Notes: generated by a model from the sequence alone, not told the origin. 60,583 bases of DNA from Octopus bimaculoides (GCF_001194135.2 NC_068982.1:39940549-40001131), one strand, 5' to 3'. Numbered from the stretch's first letter, positions 13,503 through 25,842 are shown. A program made the numbers and translations.

Positions 13503-14597
13503 CATACATACATACATAATGGTCTACGTGGTAACATTGAAAATGTATTTGTGTAAAGTCATGTTTAACACGTTCGAGTGTTTTCGGACGTAATGAGACT
13601 TTTCATTGTCGGACTTATCCTTTGAGAATATTCTCCACTTAGACATACATAAATGCACCTTATGTTTAGGATTGCAAGTGACGTCATTCGATCGAAGCCG
13701 CACTCGAATAGATCCACAATGGAATCGAACCCAGAACCACATTATTGCTAATGTGGACTCCTTCCACACTTGACTATACTCTAGCGCACAAACTAAATTC
13801 AATTAACGCCAAGTAGAATGTTTTTGTCCAATAAAAATCTAACACTGTATAATGACATCATCGGAATATAATTAACTGAGAAGCACGAAATAAAAATACA
13901 ACCTCTTATCTTACTTAAATATCAATTCATTGATTGCCGAGATATAAGAAAAACAAATTATTCCAAGAAAGCTAGCAGTCTCTTTGATAGTGGCAAAATG
14001 GTTATAATGGTAGCCAACAAATTTAGTTGCTAACCGTAATATTGTGTTGCAGTTGTTATCATATGCTTCAGATGGTAAGAATAATAGTCTATGTTTCATT
14101 GAATATAACAGTCTATTGGCTTCGTTGCCAACCGCTGCTGATTTATTCATTTGGATGTTAGGTTTAACTTAAATCAGATTTTGTTAAGGTTGACATATAA
14201 TTTACAATAGTAAATAGGGAAAACGACAAAGATTGCATGATTTACATATGCGCTCCAATTATAATGGAATAATAAAACACAGCACTATAGAAAATAATGA
14301 ATTGTGAGATATTAAAGTAATATTTCAAATATCTGGCTTTTGAAATTAATTCATGCACCGTAAAAAAATATCACTTACGGAACACAAAAGATTTACCCGC
14401 TGTCTTTGAATATTTTCTGATGGTTTTCGTAGTTTTTTTTTTTTTTTTTTTTTTTTACAAACATATCTCCAGAAGGGTTATACTCTTCATTAAATCTTCG
14501 AATAAAATATCCAGTAGATTTCAAACTGGTGATAGTGTTTCGTTGAACCATATGCACAATTGTTTTCAGAGAATGAAAACATATTAATCTTTATATA

Positions 14598-14835
14598 GGT
14601 GCAGGCATGGTTTTGTGTTAAGGAGTTCGTTAACCATTCATGTCGTTCAGACCCACTACACGATAACTTGGGCAAGTGTCTTCTATTATATCCCTGGGTT
14701 GTCGAAACCTTTTCGAGTGAATTTAATAAACAGAAACACGTGGAAGCCGGCGTGTATACGTAAATACGTGTGTACATATTTTGTATTTGCCCCCGTGTCA
14801 AAACGGTTTCGAGAAAAAAATAATAAAAAGACTAA
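14598..14835 (+). mobile_element. Diverged tRNA/CORE-like SINE (same family as 58296-58758)
   Basis: aggtgcaggcatgg.. head, acttgggcaagtgtcttctatta core, ..acagaaac..gaagcc body. A short - strand 5' fragment follows at about 14862-14940. Confidence 0.7.
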
Positions 14836-15525
14836 ATAGCAAAATAAGTAGCAGTAACGATTTCTCTCACAAGGAATTGGTCAATCCGGGGCTATAGTAG
14901 AAGACACTTGCCCAAGGCCCCGTGCAATGGGAATGAACCTGTCCAATGAAATTCAACTGGCCCTGATCTAATATCTTGTACAGCCAAGCCCAAGCATATT
15001 GACGCTTCAACCCCGCCTCTTATTTTTGCAAAGTTCGCTGTATCAAAATATATGAACACTAACAGCATTGTACATAGTTTTAAATGCTTACTGTTTTATA
15101 TTACACAACAGCTGCTATTGAGATGGATTAAAATGGCTTTCCTAGTAGAGGGATAATTTTTCTATTATAAATCTATGTTAAATAAGTTAAACATTAATTT
15201 TCCTGGATTCAATCGATATAAAATTAACATGAATGCATTCTTGTGAATTATTTGTATAAAGCAGAGATGATGTTACCATATCCAGATGTTATGAAATAAT
15301 CAGATAATTTGAACTATGTAAGTGAAAGTTACTATGTTTATTCTTTATTATCGTGTCATTTTTTTCCTAGTCTAATGCGAGCACGACGGGGTCCTTTCTT
15401 TTATATACGCGGCCATCGGGGTATTTGGCTACAAATTGTACCATGTCGATCGACAGCTTAAACACACTCTTGATGGTTCGATTTAGTGAAAGTAGATCGT
15501 TGTGATATCAACTTAAAAATATATA

Positions 15526-15727
15526 TTCCTTTCTACTAAAGGCAGAAGGCCTGAAATTTGGAAGGAGATATAGTTGATTACATCAAGCTTATAACTCAAC
15601 TGGTACTAATTTCATCCACCCCGAAGGCAAGATAGACCGCAGCAGCATTTGAAATCAGAACTTAAAGCCAGACAAAATAGCTCTAAGCATTTTGCTCGGC
15701 ATACTAATGATTCTCCCAACTCGTCGT
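15526..15727 (-). mobile_element. tRNA-derived SINE with Meta-domain-like core (same family as 50959-51172)
   Basis: ttcctttctact..aggcctgaaattt..gttgattacatc..actggtact..cccgaagg..atttgaaatcagaac..taagcattttgctcggc..ctaatgattctcccaactcg matches the other copies by eye. Confidence 0.8.
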
Positions 15728-16232
15728 CTTTTTTTATATATGTATATAATATTGTCTACACTAAATAGTTCTTGGATACAAGGCCTTGTAGACCTGACAT
15801 CACGTTCTGTTGTATATGAAAGCTTCTATTTTTCATCTATACTTCTTCATTTAAAGCAGCAGGGCAAGATTTGAGACAGAATTGGTTGATATTTCTAACA
15901 GACCGAGAAGCAGATGGGAGATTCGTAGCTAGCTGCATTTATCATAATTTATGTCACGTGCAGATTTATGATGTCAAATGGCTATTGGTGGTGTGTGAGT
16001 GAATATGAAGTGTTGTTGATTATAGTTAAATATACATCTTCACTAAACACACTTATCTAAACCTGAATTGCGAACACAGATAGAAACGAACTTCTTTTAA
16101 AATATATGACAACGACATTTCTTCTCTCTTCTCTCTCCATGTATACTTGCATGTATGTATATACATGTGCATAAAAAACATACACAGGCCTATATATATA
16201 AGTCAAACTTGCCTTACTCTCACCTACTTTCC

Positions 16233-16299
<67 letters not shown>

Positions 16300-16370
16300 G
16301 TGCGTGTGTATATATAGACACATATATATGTGTGTGCGTGCGTGTGTGTGTATGTAAGTGTATGTGCGTG

Positions 16371-16530
16371 TGCGCAGTGCAATTGTCCATGCACATCGCG
16401 CCGGTTCAGACTATTATATCTATCTATCTATCTATCTATCTGTTTGTCTGTATATAGATAGATAGATAGATAGATAGATAGGTATAATAGTCTGAACCGG
16501 CGCGATGTGCACGCACAATGGCACTACGCA
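16371..16530. repeat. 160-bp palindromic MITE-like element with inverted (TCTA)n/(GATA)n internal arms
   Basis: tgcacatcgcgccggttcagactattata (16390-16418) is the exact reverse complement of 16483-16511. The arms extend imperfectly to 16371/16530. A one-armed relative lies at about 17890-17960. Confidence 0.85.
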
Positions 16531-16568
16531 AACGCGTATACACATTCATAAACACACACACTCACATG

Positions 16569-16605
<37 letters not shown>

Positions 16606-16665
16606 ACAAACATATTTACATGCATACATACACACACACACACACGCACACACGCACACACACAA

Positions 16666-16709
<44 letters not shown>

Positions 16710-17080
16710 ACACAAACAAACAAGCATACGTACATAGATATCCGTCTGGAAACTGTAATCTAAGCAGCTGAAATGAATTCCGGTTCCCTGCTGTCTTACA
16801 GACATCAGTGTTTGCAGGCTATTTCTAATACAGTAACATGGCATGATAATATATATTGTAGATCACGAGATTTAATGCCAATGCTTATTTGCCTCTAATT
16901 TAAAATACAATTTAAAGTACACCCTTCCACACGCAAAATATTTTTTTAAAAAACATGTTGAGTAAACGGTTTGTTCGCTTTTAACAGAATTTCAAATTAT
17001 ATGGTTCTTAACAATAGATATTCTTTACTTTGCGTTTCATTTTATCAACGAATGAACATATCAAGAAATAAATAGATAGA

Positions 17081-17111
<31 letters not shown>

Positions 17112-18818
17112 GTAAATAAATAACCAACAGTCTGCGCTGTTCGGTATTGATTAATTACTTCTCATTGGCACTGTGTATTATCATTCTGTAACATTCTAAG
17201 ACTAGGCAATGATTTTTTAGTATTTTTCATTATCTGGTTGATTGAATCAACATAGTATTACTGTTATTTAGCACCACATCGAACTTACTAAGCAAATGGA
17301 TAACCAAAAAGGCGTTACAGTTATAGAACCAGCATTTGATAGTATATCAGAGAGTACATTTGCACCATAAAGCATATATTTTTCTTTGTGCAAGGAGAAT
17401 AACATGATGTATTTATATCTGCTCAAATGTTCTATTTGTGTGAAATACGAAATATAGTTTAGGTCAGGTTTCTTATACACACTTTTATTAAATGATGAAC
17501 GCCCGGTGTTCAATGATGAACGCCCGTTGCAGCTAAGTATTTGCTAGTGCTTGATTTAAGTAGTGATTGCTATGAGTTCGCTTGGAGAGTAGACGAATGA
17601 GAGGTGCGTGGTTTGCTGGGATTAGCCAAACGAACAGTAAAATATGTGAGAATGGTCACCTCTAGTTTTCTTCCTATGTAATGTATAACGACATCTCTTT
17701 ATATGCTTATTACAATTTTTGCAGCGAAGTCTTCAAAAATGTATGTTGTGCATGTACGGGCGCATCTTTGTATGTATGTGTGTATGTGTATGTGTTCTGG
17801 AGTAAAAATATTAATGGTTATGTGTCTGCTTTTCTTTTGTATTTATGTATTTATGTGTGTGCGCATGTAAATGTATGTGCGTGTAGGTGTGCGTCTAAGT
17901 GGACATCGAGCCCGTTCAGATTATTATCTCTATCTATCTATCTATCTATTTATCTATCTATCTCTTCCTCTACATATATGTATATATATATACATATATG
18001 TGTGTGTGTGTGTGTATGTATATATGTACTTAATGTCTATTTTTTAAAATTTATTTATAATCGAACGCCATGCAACCTTGTCCACTGTAAGTTCTTACAT
18101 TTATCTATAATTTCTGCGACTCCACACTCTGTTTTTTTTTTTCTCTATCCCTCTTCAGTCCTCTTTATTTTCCGTTTCTCCCCCTTCGTTTTTTGCTGTC
18201 CCCTGTCTGTCTGTCTTCTACTCCCTACTATCTTTCGTTCCTTTTTCCTTCTCCTCACTCTCTTTGTTTCTTTCTCTCATTCTCTCTCCTGTTCCCTCTA
18301 CCTGTTTGCTCACACATAACTACAGACCATTTCTCTCACCTGTGTCCTTCCTGGACGCGACGTCTCCTCCCGTCATCTTTTCCTCTTCTACTTCTTTCTT
18401 CTCTTCTCTTTATTCTATATCCTTTCAAAATTTCTCCCAGGTGTTACCCATTAAAATGAGTCTTGGCCAAACGACCCTTAATGTTTGACTTCGTCGATTG
18501 TTTACTCTGTAAGTCCACTCTGTTGCTGTTCGTTCGTTCGAAGCCCTTAATTCTCCACAAATTTTATATTTTTAAAATTTCTGTATGTTGTTGTCTTATG
18601 AAGTTTTCCAATCTTATCGTTGAAAGTTCGAAATAGGGAGTAACAAACAGTCGATAACGAAGGAGGAGTTAAACTTCTTTTGCTATTTTGTCGTGTACTT
18701 GTGTCTCGTTATGTGTTTAAATATATTTCACTCTTTGTTGATGTCCTGTTCTTATTGTATTTCTTTTGGTATTTTGTCCCGTACTTATCTCTCGTGTATT
18801 TACGTGTTTTTCGCTCAG

Positions 18819-18886
18819 GTGGTGTCCTGTACTTATTGTGTATTTTTTATTTATTTATAATTGAACTCCATACAGCCTTATCAACG
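18819..18886 (+). other. Candidate exon (probably 5' UTR or non-coding) in a pyrimidine-rich region
   Basis: ttttcgctcag acceptor and CAACG|gtaagt donor. Another 68-nt candidate at 18441-18508 (tttctcccag / gtaagt) is closed in all three frames. Confidence 0.3.
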
Positions 18887-19012
18887 GTAAGTTCTTACAT
18901 TTATATATACATATAAGCACACATGCTTATATACATATATATATATGTGTGTGTGTCTGTGTGTGTATGTGTGTGTGTGCATACATATATATTTATATGT
19001 AAATCTCTCTCC

Positions 19013-19053
<41 letters not shown>

Positions 19054-19544
19054 TTCTTAGATTCGTTGATTCTCTGACTTCTGCTCGGTTACGATCAAAA
19101 CCACTTCTAGTATTCAGTATTATACTTCCTCAAAGTAAGCATCATTGTAAATACCACACACTGATCCAGAGCAAGGAACACTTATCTTCATTAGTTCACA
19201 CAATGATTCCTCTTTCGTCAGTAGCGTTGTTATATCATATCCTCATCAATTTCTGTATTGTTCGAACTGTTTGACATTTTAATTTCGAGACAATAGATAA
19301 TCAATATTATGAGACAGATGAAAATTAAAGACCTATGATTGAAGCTTTACCCTGTCTAAGTAAACGTTTCAGAAACCAGTGCGGTTTTAAATTATCGCTC
19401 TAACAATTTACATATATACACATATACCCATACACGCAGTTATGCGGAGGTATATTTCACTTACATGCATATATTACCTATATATATATATATATGTTAA
19501 TATCTCTAAGTCTCTCTAAAGGAGACTACGGCAGAGGTACTGGA

Positions 19545-19772
19545 TATTAATAGTTGGCGCCAAGCTACCATGGCAGTCCCCAAAAAATAGGACGAATGAT
19601 GCCGTTGAATAGCTTCAAGAGGCCATTGCGTCTAGCTAGCTATGTGACACACGAATAGACACAGGTTCGTGTCACACAGCTAGTTAGAGGCGATGGCCTT
19701 TTGGAGCTAATCAACAGCAGCATTCTATTTTTTGGGGGACTGCCATGTTAGTTTGGCGATAACTATTAATAT
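19545..19772. repeat. ~225-bp near-complete foldback (MITE-like hairpin)
   Basis: Arm pairs: ctaccatggcagtccccaaaaaatag vs ctattttttgggggactgccatgttag; tagcttcaagaggccattgcgtctagctagctatgtgacac vs gtgtcacacagctagttagaggcgatggccttttggagcta. Loop about 10-15 nt; AT-rich palindromic ends. Confidence 0.9.
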
Positions 19773-20602
19773 ATATATATATATATATATATANNNNNNN
19801 NNNNNNNNNNNNNNNNNNNNNNNNNNNNNNNNNNNNNNNNNNNNNNNNNNNNNNNNNNNNNNNNNNNNNNNNNNNNNNNNNNNNNNNNNNNNNNNNNNNN
19901 NNNNNNNNNNNNNNNNNNNNNNNNNNNNNNNNNNNNNNNNNNNNNNNNNNNNNNNNNNNNNNNNNNNNNNNNNNNNNNNNNNNNNNNNNNNNNNNNNNNN
20001 NNNNNNNNNNNNNNNNNNNNNNNNNNNNNNNNNNNNNNNNNNNNNNNNNNNNNNNNNNNNNNNNNNNNNNNNNNNNNNNNNNNNNNNNNNNNNNNNNNNN
20101 NNNNNNNNNNNNNNNNNNNNNNNNNNNNNNNNNNNNNNNNNNNNNNNNNNNNNNNNNNNNNNNNNNNNNNNNNNNNNNNNNNNNNNNNNNNNNNNNNNNN
20201 NNNNNNNNNNNNNNNNNNNNNNNNNNNNNNNNNNNNNNNNNNNNNNNNNNNNNNNNNNNNNNNNNNNNNNNNNNNNNNNNNNNNNNNNNNNNNNNNNNNN
20301 NNNNNNNNNNNNNNNNNNNNNNNNNNNNNNNNNNNNNNNNNNNNNNNNNNNNNNNNNNNNNNNNNNNNNNNNNNNNNNNNNNNNNNNNNNNNNNNNNNNN
20401 NNNNNNNNNNNNNNNNNNNNNNNNNNNNNNNNNNNNNNNNNNNNNNNNNNNNNNNNNNNNNNNNNNNNNNNNNNNNNNNNNNNNNNNNNNNNNNNNNNNN
20501 NNNNNNNNNNNNNNNNNNNNNNNNNNNNNNNNNNNNNNNNNNNNNNNNNNNNNNNNNNNNNNNNNNNNNNNNNNNNNNNNNNNNNNNNNNNNNNNNNNNN
20601 NN

Positions 20603-20673
<71 letters not shown>

Positions 20674-20959
20674 TCTCTTTAGCTGTCATGTCTTCTTCAG
20701 CTATCCTCTTGTTGAAATATGGGTTCTCCAAAAAGCAGATTCGATGTTTGATCACGAGTACATAGGTACCTAAGCATTATTCGAAGACGTTGTGCATGCG
20801 TGAGACTAACAACGAATATTATATATGTAACAAAACACATTCAAACATTTGCAACAACTGCTTGGGGATCATTTTATTAATGCGTCCTTAGCAAAATCCT
20901 ACGATCGTTACATAAACACATAAACAGGTATTATTCTTCTACTTGTTTTTGATTTGCAA

Positions 20960-22050
20960 CATATGATTGCATTCATTTTTAATTCCTTCCCATTCCTGAA
21001 TTTTTGGGTTGTCCCTTGTTCAGTTAATTCACTACGAAGGTCTCCACAGTTGGTTACTCGCATAGTTTCTTTTTCAAATGTGAATCTCGCCTTTCTTAGA
21101 AGTCTCTTGTGGTTTGTTGGTTTGTCTTCGACTGTTGATAATTTGTTATTATTTTTTTTTCTATTATTCGTTAGAGATTTGATGATTGATGTAGAATTGG
21201 GAGGTATCGTTTAGCTGAGTGCAAGATGTTGTGGTTTCTAGGATTGTGAATGACTACCAATGAAATATTTCTATTTGGATTTTTGTTTTCACACCTAGCT
21301 TAATTGTTTCTCCGTAAGGAATAGGGATTTTCTTTGCCTCTGTTAAGGTATGTTGAATTAACTTATTGGGTATTTTTGTTTCTGAAGGATTATATTTAGT
21401 TTTGCCAGTCGTTTCTATCATCTAATAGTATCTGTGACTATTGAGCATATGCGCCTTGCCATATTGAATGGTATGTTTCTTTTTGAATGGGAAGGGAGGC
21501 AAGATCTGAAAACTAAATATTGGTATGTATCTCTGTTCTTGTAGTAGAAAATATCCAGAAAGGAGACCTCCTCTTCATTTACTTCCGTAGTGGATTGGAT
21601 TGTGACATGAATGATATTTATTAATTTAAGAAATTTTGTAAGGTCCTCCTTACATTGGTTCCAAAATATGAACAGTCATCTAAGAATCTTTTCCAGTTTC
21701 TTATATGAAAGCTTTGGAAGTGATGGTCAAGAGTAGTTCTGGACAGCGTGGACATTTTTTCTTCTAAGTACCTCATTACTATTGTGGCAAACGTTGGTGC
21801 AACATTCGTCCTCATCACAATGCCTTATATTTGTAGATAACATTTATCATCAAAGAAAAAGTAGATGTTTTCCAGTACTATCTCTAAACCTTCAAATATA
21901 AATTCTTTCGAAAATCTCTCCTGAAGACTTTTTGGGTGTTTGTTTATCCAGAATTCTACTGCCTCTAGCCCGTATAGGATAAGATGGAGGATATTTGAGT
22001 AGAGACTAGTTACATCAAAACTAACTAGTACTATCTCTTTATCTACCCCG
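20960..22050 (-). mobile_element. Penelope-like element, RT/thumb/linker remnant
   Basis: Frames: FDVTSLYSNI (RT motif A), GIVMRTNVAPTFATIVMRYLEEK (motif B), NWKRFLDDC (motif C), VSFLDI, YLVFRSCLPSHSKRNIPFNMARRICSIV, KPTNHKRLLRKARF. Confidence 0.92.
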
Positions 22051-22270
22051 TTCTAGGATATGGTTTAAGAAGTCCATGTCAACTCTGATATATGTATGTT
22101 TATACATACATATGTGTGTGTATGAGCATGCGTATGTATGTTCAGTCAATGTTAAACTATATAGGTTTGACAAAATTTCGATCTGGCATTCGGTGGTACG
22201 GTGCCTGCTGCAGAGGAAGCGCAAATTGATATTCTTTACATTGCTGCTTCCATTTCTACTAGCTTGATAT

Positions 22271-22323
<53 letters not shown>

Positions 22324-22415
22324 NNNNNNNNNNNNNNNNNNNNNNNNNNNNNNNNNNNNNNNNNNNNNNNNNNNNNNNNNNNNNNNNNNNNNNNNNNNNN
22401 NNNNNNNNNNNNNNN

Positions 22416-22452
<37 letters not shown>

Positions 22453-23007
22453 TACACACGGATATAGATATATAGATATAAATATGGATACGGATATGTA
22501 CGTGTTTGCAACATCTTTGTGATTGAACTTTCAAACACTCACTTACATGTGTATTATGACCTTGGCTTATAATTTGTATTATAGAACTACATAGCATAAC
22601 ATTTAATTTTATTCAGTCACTTAGCTATGTACTGGAGGAAATTGCAGGTAAGTTGTTTATGAAGCTCTAAGCAACAAGTGATTATTTAGGAGCGATAATA
22701 TTTCTAGCTTGGTTAAGGCAAACAAACCTTGAAATTCGGTTAAAGAATTTATCCTTTGCTTCGAAACAGAATTTGGTGTTTAATCCGAGGTACTGCAGCA
22801 TAATGTGTTAGAAGCGTCTTTCATGTACTGAAATGTCTGTCTGTATGTAAGTATGTATATATGTATGTATACATGTATGTATTATGTATGTACGTACGTA
22901 TGCTTGTATGTATATACGTACGTACCTATGTATGCATGTGTTTATCTATACGTGTATGTATGTAAGTATGTATGTACGCATGCATGTTTGTATGTATCTA
23001 TGTATGT

Positions 23008-23222
23008 CATTATTCTGTTTTATTTCAAGATTTCTTGCCAATAGGGAAATAGCCAATTTCTAACATCCAAGGCTCCTTCATTGGAATTTCAACATCAACA
23101 ACAGGGCATTTTTGTTTGTAGGTATATATGTATAAATTTGTATGTTTTGCTTTATGTATGTCTTCTCATGCACATAATTGCATATCTAGTCATGCGCATA
23201 CATACTTAAATGATAAACGTCT
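23008..23222 (-). mobile_element. 3'-terminal fragment of the same RLE family as 2187-3246
   Basis: Aligns by eye with 2190-2390 (tatttcaagat.tcttgccaa.agggaaa..; ccaaggctccttcattg.aatttcaacatcaacaacagg; ttaaatgataaac). Flanked on both sides by (TATG)n-like arrays. Confidence 0.85.
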
Positions 23223-24666
23223 ATGTAAGTATGTATATATGAATGTATGCTTATATGTATGTGTGTGTGTGTGTCTTTCAAGGATCAAATTTTAGTATTT
23301 GGCTTAACAAGCACATTACCTGATACCGAGCTTATATATAAAATTAAATGTCTTACTTCAAGCAGCATTTGCTCACCCATTGGACATTTAAGTCTTAGAA
23401 AGTTCTCTCCCATTTTATTACGTCAAGAATGTTCAAAATTAAAGGGTACGTAAAACCGTATTATTTGCACTAAAAATGACACTTCCTTGAACTCGTTAGC
23501 GATTTAGTTGTGTCCTTTCATTTAATCAGATGAGAAATTCATAGAATTTATGTTTTCTTTCATGGATTTGGCTTCTTTCTGTTTCATTGGCCTCAAACGC
23601 AGGAAATTTATATGTTCGTATTGTCACTTTCAACGTTAAACCAGTAATGAAAAATCAGATATCTTAAGACTAATCTTGGATTGTGATCTGTATTATACAA
23701 CGTTAACTATGAGGAGATTTTACAAGTTTTTCCATATCTGATTAGTAATCGAGGTGCAGTCTTACAGTTTGCAGAAAATATATTTCAAATTATCAGTGAA
23801 AATGTCATTCTTATTATCCACTGTTGCCGCTTGTTTACATAATTCCAACAAAACTATAATTGAAATACCAAATACACACACCAAAATCGTGTGTATGTAT
23901 GAATGTTCGCGTGGCTGTCTGTTTTAGTATTTGTGCGCGGGAATACGTGTCTGTTCTGTGTGCGTGCGTGTGTGTGCACGTGCGTGTGTGTGTCTGTGTC
24001 TGTGTCTCTGTATGTGCTATTGTAACCACAACGGTGAATTAGCTTTATATAAGAATTTTTTGAATTCCGTATAAACGTTAAATTTTCTAAATCCAGCGAT
24101 ATTTACAGAGGGTTTTGTACTTATCGCCTGGAAATGTCCCTGGTTTTCCCGTGAATTTGTATATCTAGAACAAAAATATCCGAGTTAAGTATTTTAACTG
24201 CAGTATACATACACATACACGCACACACAAGCAATCATGCACACGTACACACACACACATATATATATATATGNNNNNNNNNNATATATATATACATATA
24301 TATATAGAGAGAGAGATTAATGTGTGTGTATGTATGTGTGTGTATGTATTTGTGTGTTTGTGCTTGTCTGTGTGTCTGTGTGTTTACAGTGTTAATACAT
24401 GATTTTTTTAAGTTATAAGAAAAAAAATTTGACAATAAACGAAAGAATAACTCAATTACTTTGATAAAGGTGAACTTTGTGCATTATTTACATTATTTAC
24501 ATTACTTATATTCAACGGATATTTGTCCTCATCTGGTTTGTTGTTAACACAACGTTCGGCTGATATACCCTCCAGCCTTCTTCAGGTGACCTGGGGAAAT
24601 TTCGAACCTGGGTTTTCATTCCTAAGGTATTTTTCGATGTTATTATTATTATTGAGATTGCTTTTC

Positions 24667-24742
24667 AGGTCACTGCTTGGAATCGAACTCGGAATCTTGG
24701 GGTTAGTAGCCCACGCTCTTAACCACTACGCTACATGCCCAC
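24667..24742 (-). promoter_or_regulatory. tRNA-derived (Ser-like) head with Pol III A and B boxes
   Basis: GGGCATGTAGCGTAGTGGTTAAGAGCGTGGGCTACTAACCCCAAGATTCCGAGTTCGATTCCAAGCAGTGACC. A box TAGCGTAGTGG, B box GAGTTCGATTCC. Confidence 0.8.
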
Positions 24743-24787
24743 GGGCATATGGCATAGCGGTTAAGAGCGCGGGCTTAATTTCCCCAA

Positions 24788-24833
24788 GACACCTGATGAA
24801 GGCTGGAGGGTATATCAGCCGAAACGTTGTGTT
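24788..24833 (+). ncRNA. Minimal type I hammerhead ribozyme (predicted dimer-acting)
   Basis: GACAC-CTGATGA-A-GGCTG(GAGGGTATAT)CAGCC-GAAAC-GTT-GTGTT. Stem I GACAC/GTGTT, stem II GGCTG/CAGCC, loopless palindromic stem III AACGTT. Predicted cleavage after 24828. The inverted copy (24546-24590, -) has CTGAAGA and GAAC (one A lost). Confidence 0.8.
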
Positions 24834-25743
24834 AAGAAAAAAACAAGATGAGGACAAATATCCGTTGAATGTAAATAATGTCAATAATGCACATAATTTC
24901 TCACCTCTGAAATATAGAACTGAGCTGAACTTTGTTATTCTGTGACAAAAAAGAATAGTGAAAGTGACTTCGACCAGGTGACCCATCATTAGAATGTTCG
25001 ATGATGGCTTTAACTAGCTGACACTTCGAAGTCAATGTCAATACTATTCCTGTTACATAATATTGCAAGATGAAATATTTCGATAAAATTAGAGCGAAAC
25101 TTCGTTGGTATTTCGAGAGAAATCATAAATTCAGTATTTTACTGAAGAGTGGTTCCTGTTAGTAACGTCCGTTATTGTCATTTCTTTCTTGTCAAGTGTC
25201 ATTGGAATCTAATCAGCATCGTTGGATTTGAAATTTGCAACTTTGCACACCAGGATATAGTTTACAAATGAGGAGATAGTTTGAACTTTAGTATATTACT
25301 TGCGTAATATGCTATCTAGTAAATTACTTGCGTAAACTGTGTGTCAATTTTTGTGTATATTATGTTATTATACTAGTTTTCATGAGCACCGTTATTGTTT
25401 CTTTAATTTTAATTCTATTCACAATTTTCCTGTTGCCAACCTACGAATTTTTCCTCCACTCACTTGCGTTTGTTGCTTTCATCTATTGCTTTTCGTAATG
25501 GGTTCTAACAGTTATTTGCAGATACTAAGTGGAGAGACACATGTATGTGGTAATTGTTCGTCTGATGTGTGAATTACTTGTGTCAAAAATATTACGATAA
25601 ATTTATATTATTAAATTTTCAATTAACTTTGTCATCTGTGAAAAAGAAATGTAATTATATACTGATTGAACGTCCCTTGGACTTGTCGTTTCTAATGATT
25701 TGCTGTTTCTCTCTCTCTCTCTCGCTCTTTCTCCTTCCCCCTC

Positions 25744-25786
<43 letters not shown>

Positions 25787-25842
25787 ATACGTACACATAC
25801 GCACACACACACACATACGCACACATACACACACACATATAT

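Larger units (their letters stand above)
24481..24925. mobile_element. Head-to-head palindromic non-autonomous retroelement: tRNA-like head + (TAA)n + PLE-type hammerhead tail; 10-bp TSD
   Basis: Minus copy 24742->24481 has the full head but a shorter 3' end. Plus copy 24742->24925 lacks about 110 nt internally. TGAACTTTGT occurs at 24471-24480 and 24926-24935. Confidence 0.85.

Noticed and set aside
13911-14172. 87-codon minus-strand frame ending at a gtaaga donor with a hydrophobic tail (ASFLGIICFSYISAINELIF)
   Set aside because: Weak acceptor, no recognisable family, and phases do not chain convincingly with other minus-strand candidates (17293-17440, 10710-10797, 6917-7058, 5589-5618). 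Several ORFs of this length are expected by chance in ~35 kb of AT-rich DNA.
15361-15500. CpG-rich segment open on both strands (SNASTTGSF.. / SVFKLSIDMVQFVAKYPDGRVYKRKDPVVLALD*), superficially cadherin-like
   Set aside because: No good donor on either strand, and the cadherin LDRE motif is replaced by a stop; not supportable.
20683-20765. Possible + exon after the (CT)n tract (CHVFFSYPLVEIW.. or MSSSAILLLKYGF..)
   Set aside because: The acceptor is provided by a microsatellite, donors are weak and the frame is ambiguous.
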